64,000 bases of DNA from Azolla caroliniana (taxonomy: Eukaryota > Plantae > Polypodiophyta). The stretch covers positions 1,364,001 to 1,428,000 of the forward strand of contig JBHGNT010000012.1 in NCBI GenBank assembly GCA_043228905.1, read 5' to 3'. The translations under genes and the position numbers were made by a program. The notes under the pieces are model-generated. The model made no database searches. It saw only the letters and a list, made by a program, of their open reading frames with translations, and was not told where the DNA came from. Positions within the stretch are counted from its first letter, which is position 1. Each line of letters opens with the position of its first letter. This document shows positions 61,596 through 64,000 of this stretch, piece by piece.

Positions 61596-64000
61596 TCTTC
61601 ACATCTCTGAAGAAACCATCAACCTTATCATGTTTTGCCTATATATAAGTTCCACATGGTGAAGCCTTGTTTGAGACGAAACATTTAGTGGATGTGGTAA
61701 CCATGGGTGAAAACAAAAACACACTTGAAAGCTTCAAGAGAGAAATGAATATGACAGTTACAAGTTGGAGATTGAATTTAGATTGTGATAATGAATGAAT
61801 GGCACATGGATGATGTTTTCCAATGCCAACGTTGTTTTGGTCATAGTCATGTGTGAATTGAGAGAATAAGATGAGAGCTCTCAAGCATGTGGCTTTGCAA
61901 TGGGTTTTGGCTTTTGAGGTAGCATTTTGGGCTAGCTCACCGATCACTATGTATGCAAAACTTAATCAAGTTTTTAGGTCTCATGAACAATGCATGTCAT
62001 GGTAATTGAGGCCATGGATGCCATGAGTCTAATTCGTGGACACATTATTAACTCTTTCTCTTATCTATGGTTTAGAATTTTAACATTTCCCACATATATG
62101 GTGATCATATCGGTTTGGATTGGAAGAGATCGCAGTGATACTTTATTTAATTCGGAATCCAAGAAGCATTTGTATGATGTTTGTAAATTTATTCTGTCCT
62201 GCTTCAAAAGTTTGTTTGATTTAACACCTAAGCTGAGGTTAGATCAGAAAAGAATAAGAGGGAACAAAGTGTAAAATTAGCTTTCTCATCAAATGCATGT
62301 GTATTGAAGGGTCTGTGGACTTGGGTAATGAGCATCTCATAACCATATGTTTGTAATATAGTTGATTGTATATGGGCTCATTTGAGTCAGATATGGAAGG
62401 TGTTGGGTCTTTGCAGGGTGAAGTGCAGTAATATCCTGGTCATTATGTGTCTTTTGTTTGGCTTCAATATTTATACCATTGGCTGGAGATGACATAATTG
62501 ATGAGGGTAAGCAGATTCAAAACAGCAACAACCTAGGCATCCAAATTATGTGTTTGAACTACAGGATTTCTGAACATCACCTTTGAGTTTATGCTTATCA
62601 ATAAAGACAGATTCAAAATGTAATCTGAAATATGGTAGAAGATAACATATTGAAAGGTAATGTTTTCCGTTTGCATATTAACATGTATATAAATAAATAT
62701 ACCTTTAATGGGATAGAGTGAAAGTCTTGTGGATATTTTTCATCAACAATGGCAAGTTGATGGAGAGTATTTTAGCTATCATCAATGTTTTTCATGCACT
62801 GATTGTTGAAGAACAGTAATATCATAGTGAAAAGTCATAGGACCTTGGATGATGTGGAGGGGGTCTTCTTCGGCAATGTATGATATTTTGATAAAGCTCG
62901 AGGCTTTTGAAAGCATGAAAACCTCTGTACATTATTATTGAACAATGATGATACGGGATACTAATATATATGTGTCCATAGTATGATCTTCCATTGCTTC
63001 TAGTAGGCATGGTAGAGATACAATGGAGAACTTAGCATAAATTTCAGTCAAGACTCCGTATTGTAGGTTAAATGTGGGCCTCTCCATTTGCTACCACACT
63101 ATAGGAGATTCTAATTATTAGGGAATGATTTATTTGCTAAAGTTCGTGGTTGTATAGAACATGCTAAATATGCACCCTTTGCAATGCTAACACACCTCTC
63201 CACCTAGTTTTCAAGAACATTATCTTTAGTGATTGATTGGCCTAGTTTCTTTTCAATGCACATATATTAATTAATATTGTGGTATGAGGATAAACCAAAA
63301 ACTTCTTAAGGATTTGGTATATGAGTTTAACTTCTTCGAATGCTCGTGCATTATTTTTCAATTGGGCATTGGTCTGTGAATTGCGATGGCATTTTCTCAA
63401 TTTACTCTAAATGGCCATAAGGTTCTTCCAATTGTGCAAGCTTCAAACATTTGCAAATCTCCAATCATATTTTCTGAAACCCAGAAGTTTAAACATGCAC
63501 AATAATTTTAAGTTTTTGATATAATATAATTTTCTCCACACTAGATTATTTAGCATCCTTAATAAATGTGTCGCTACCATTAAATCCAAATATTTAGAGA
63601 ATAGAAACTTGTCCGCTGTCCACTTGTAAGACATGGACTAAAAAAAATGTTTTCTTAACCGACTAGATTACTTGGTTGTCACGATATCTTCTATGGAGAT
63701 TTTGTATATTAACCAGTGTTTATTGCAAATAAATTTCTGGAAACAGAAAGTGAAGTCGTAAAGGGATAATTCTTAGGAGAAAGTGATGTTGTAGTTGTGG
63801 ATGTGTTTTTCAAACTAACGAATATAATGAATGAGACATTTGATCCACCCCTCAATGACATGAACACATAACCTCCCACACACACACACACACACAAATA
63901 CAAAGAAAAGCCACATCGTGCATCTGCAATAGATAGTTTCATCAGATTAAATTTGTGGTTGCGCATGCGAGAAAATCGTGTAAACCTAATCATGGTACAT

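Overview
TE-rich land-plant genomic DNA, inferred from spliced GT-AG genes, tRNA-iMet-primed Copia elements, LINEs and hAT MITEs. It looks like a large seed-free plant genome such as a fern, but that is inference. Two ordinary host genes are present: a 7-exon pyridoxamine 5'-phosphate oxidase 2 (PPOX2-like, 21874-24634) and a 6-exon D-type cyclin (58266-61595). Around them are nested retroelements: three full-length Copia elements, a TRIM-like element, solo LTRs, a decayed Ty3/Gypsy and two LINEs. The highlight is the first 14.5 kb. (1) An intact, 6-exon, 974-aa gene (875-5168) fuses a ParB/Srx-like domain to a bacterial-type beta-class N6A/N4C DNA methyltransferase (DIPY ... QKP ... DLFSGTGTT). 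(2) Its first intron holds a 51-bp-period array of near-perfect palindromes with arms up to 21 bp. (3) Just downstream is a TIR-bounded element (6417-14509; 37-bp TIRs, TTAT direct flanks). It carries a diverged array of the same palindrome family, with changes mirrored on both arms, fused to a decayed paralog of the methyltransferase's last exon. Together these suggest a DNA-transposon family encoding a ParB-methyltransferase with its own parS-like palindrome arrays. All coordinates and alignments were read by eye; no database searches were run.
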